Positions 63,545-64,000 of a stretch of DNA of 64,000 nucleotides are shown piece by piece. The translations under genes were made by a program, and so were the position numbers. The notes under the pieces were generated by a model. The model did no database searches, was not told the DNA's origin, and saw only the letters and a list, made by a program, of their open reading frames with translations. Source of the stretch: Camelus dromedarius (lineage: Eukaryota). Numbering within the stretch: the stretch's first letter is position 1; every line of letters starts with the position of its first letter. The stretch is taken from assembly GCF_036321535.1 (NCBI RefSeq), contig NC_087437.1:105898001-105962000 (forward strand), read 5' to 3'.

Positions 63545-64000
63545 CTACTCCACAGCCACAACTCACGGTCTCTTTCCATCACATTTCAATAAGATAAAAT
63601 TGGTATAAAAGAAATCTGTCTTAATCACAGCAATGCTGAATTATGGGGTCAGTGAAGTACAGAGCCCTTTTTTCACGAGTAGACTAAGCCTCTGTCATTA
63701 AATAAAAATGAATGCCAGTTATTTCACAACATTAAATGGGTTCGCTGACATTCTTGGGTGGCAAGAGTCATTTCCCCAAACCATCAGCTGCCACACAATT
63801 CCTGAGCCACAATGACCCCAATCAGTCCCCTCCCACACAGCAGTCAGGCTTTAATAATGGTGGGTTTGAAGATAAAAGATACCATGAAATCAGTCAGGTT
63901 GAGGTGTTGCAGGAAAAGATAAAAGAAGAGAGAGACTTCGAGGTTCAAGTTTCCATATGGCTGAGAAATTGATTTGGTTCAATAATAGAGTTTGATACCT

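Noticed and set aside
1..64000. CRISPR array, operons or other prokaryotic systems
   Set aside because: The sequence is mammalian; there is no repeat-spacer array or dense coding structure.

Overview
AT-rich mammalian genomic DNA, most likely from a camelid (alpaca, llama or camel), judged from a Vic-1-type tRNA-derived SINE at 8332-8506. The window is mostly non-coding and dominated by interspersed repeats: about a dozen ERV LTRs (several solo LTRs with target-site duplications, a nested stack with an ERV1 internal remnant), many L1 3' fragments, L2/MIR fossils, DNA transposon fossils (MER20, MER2, MER58, Charlie4-like) and a 3'-truncated U6 retrocopy. None of the supplied ORFs looks like a complete gene. 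The best coding evidence is absent from the ORF track: a minus-strand terminal exon at 59971-60167 with a strong splice acceptor, reading to ...FYEMVKDEL-stop. This suggests the 3' end of a gene for an ER-luminal protein that I cannot identify. The other notable structure is a head-to-head inverted pair of ~91% identical LTRs at 2658-3880, inside a cluster of six LTRs. Repeat family names come from recalled consensus motifs, not a database search, and boundaries without a stated TSD are approximate.
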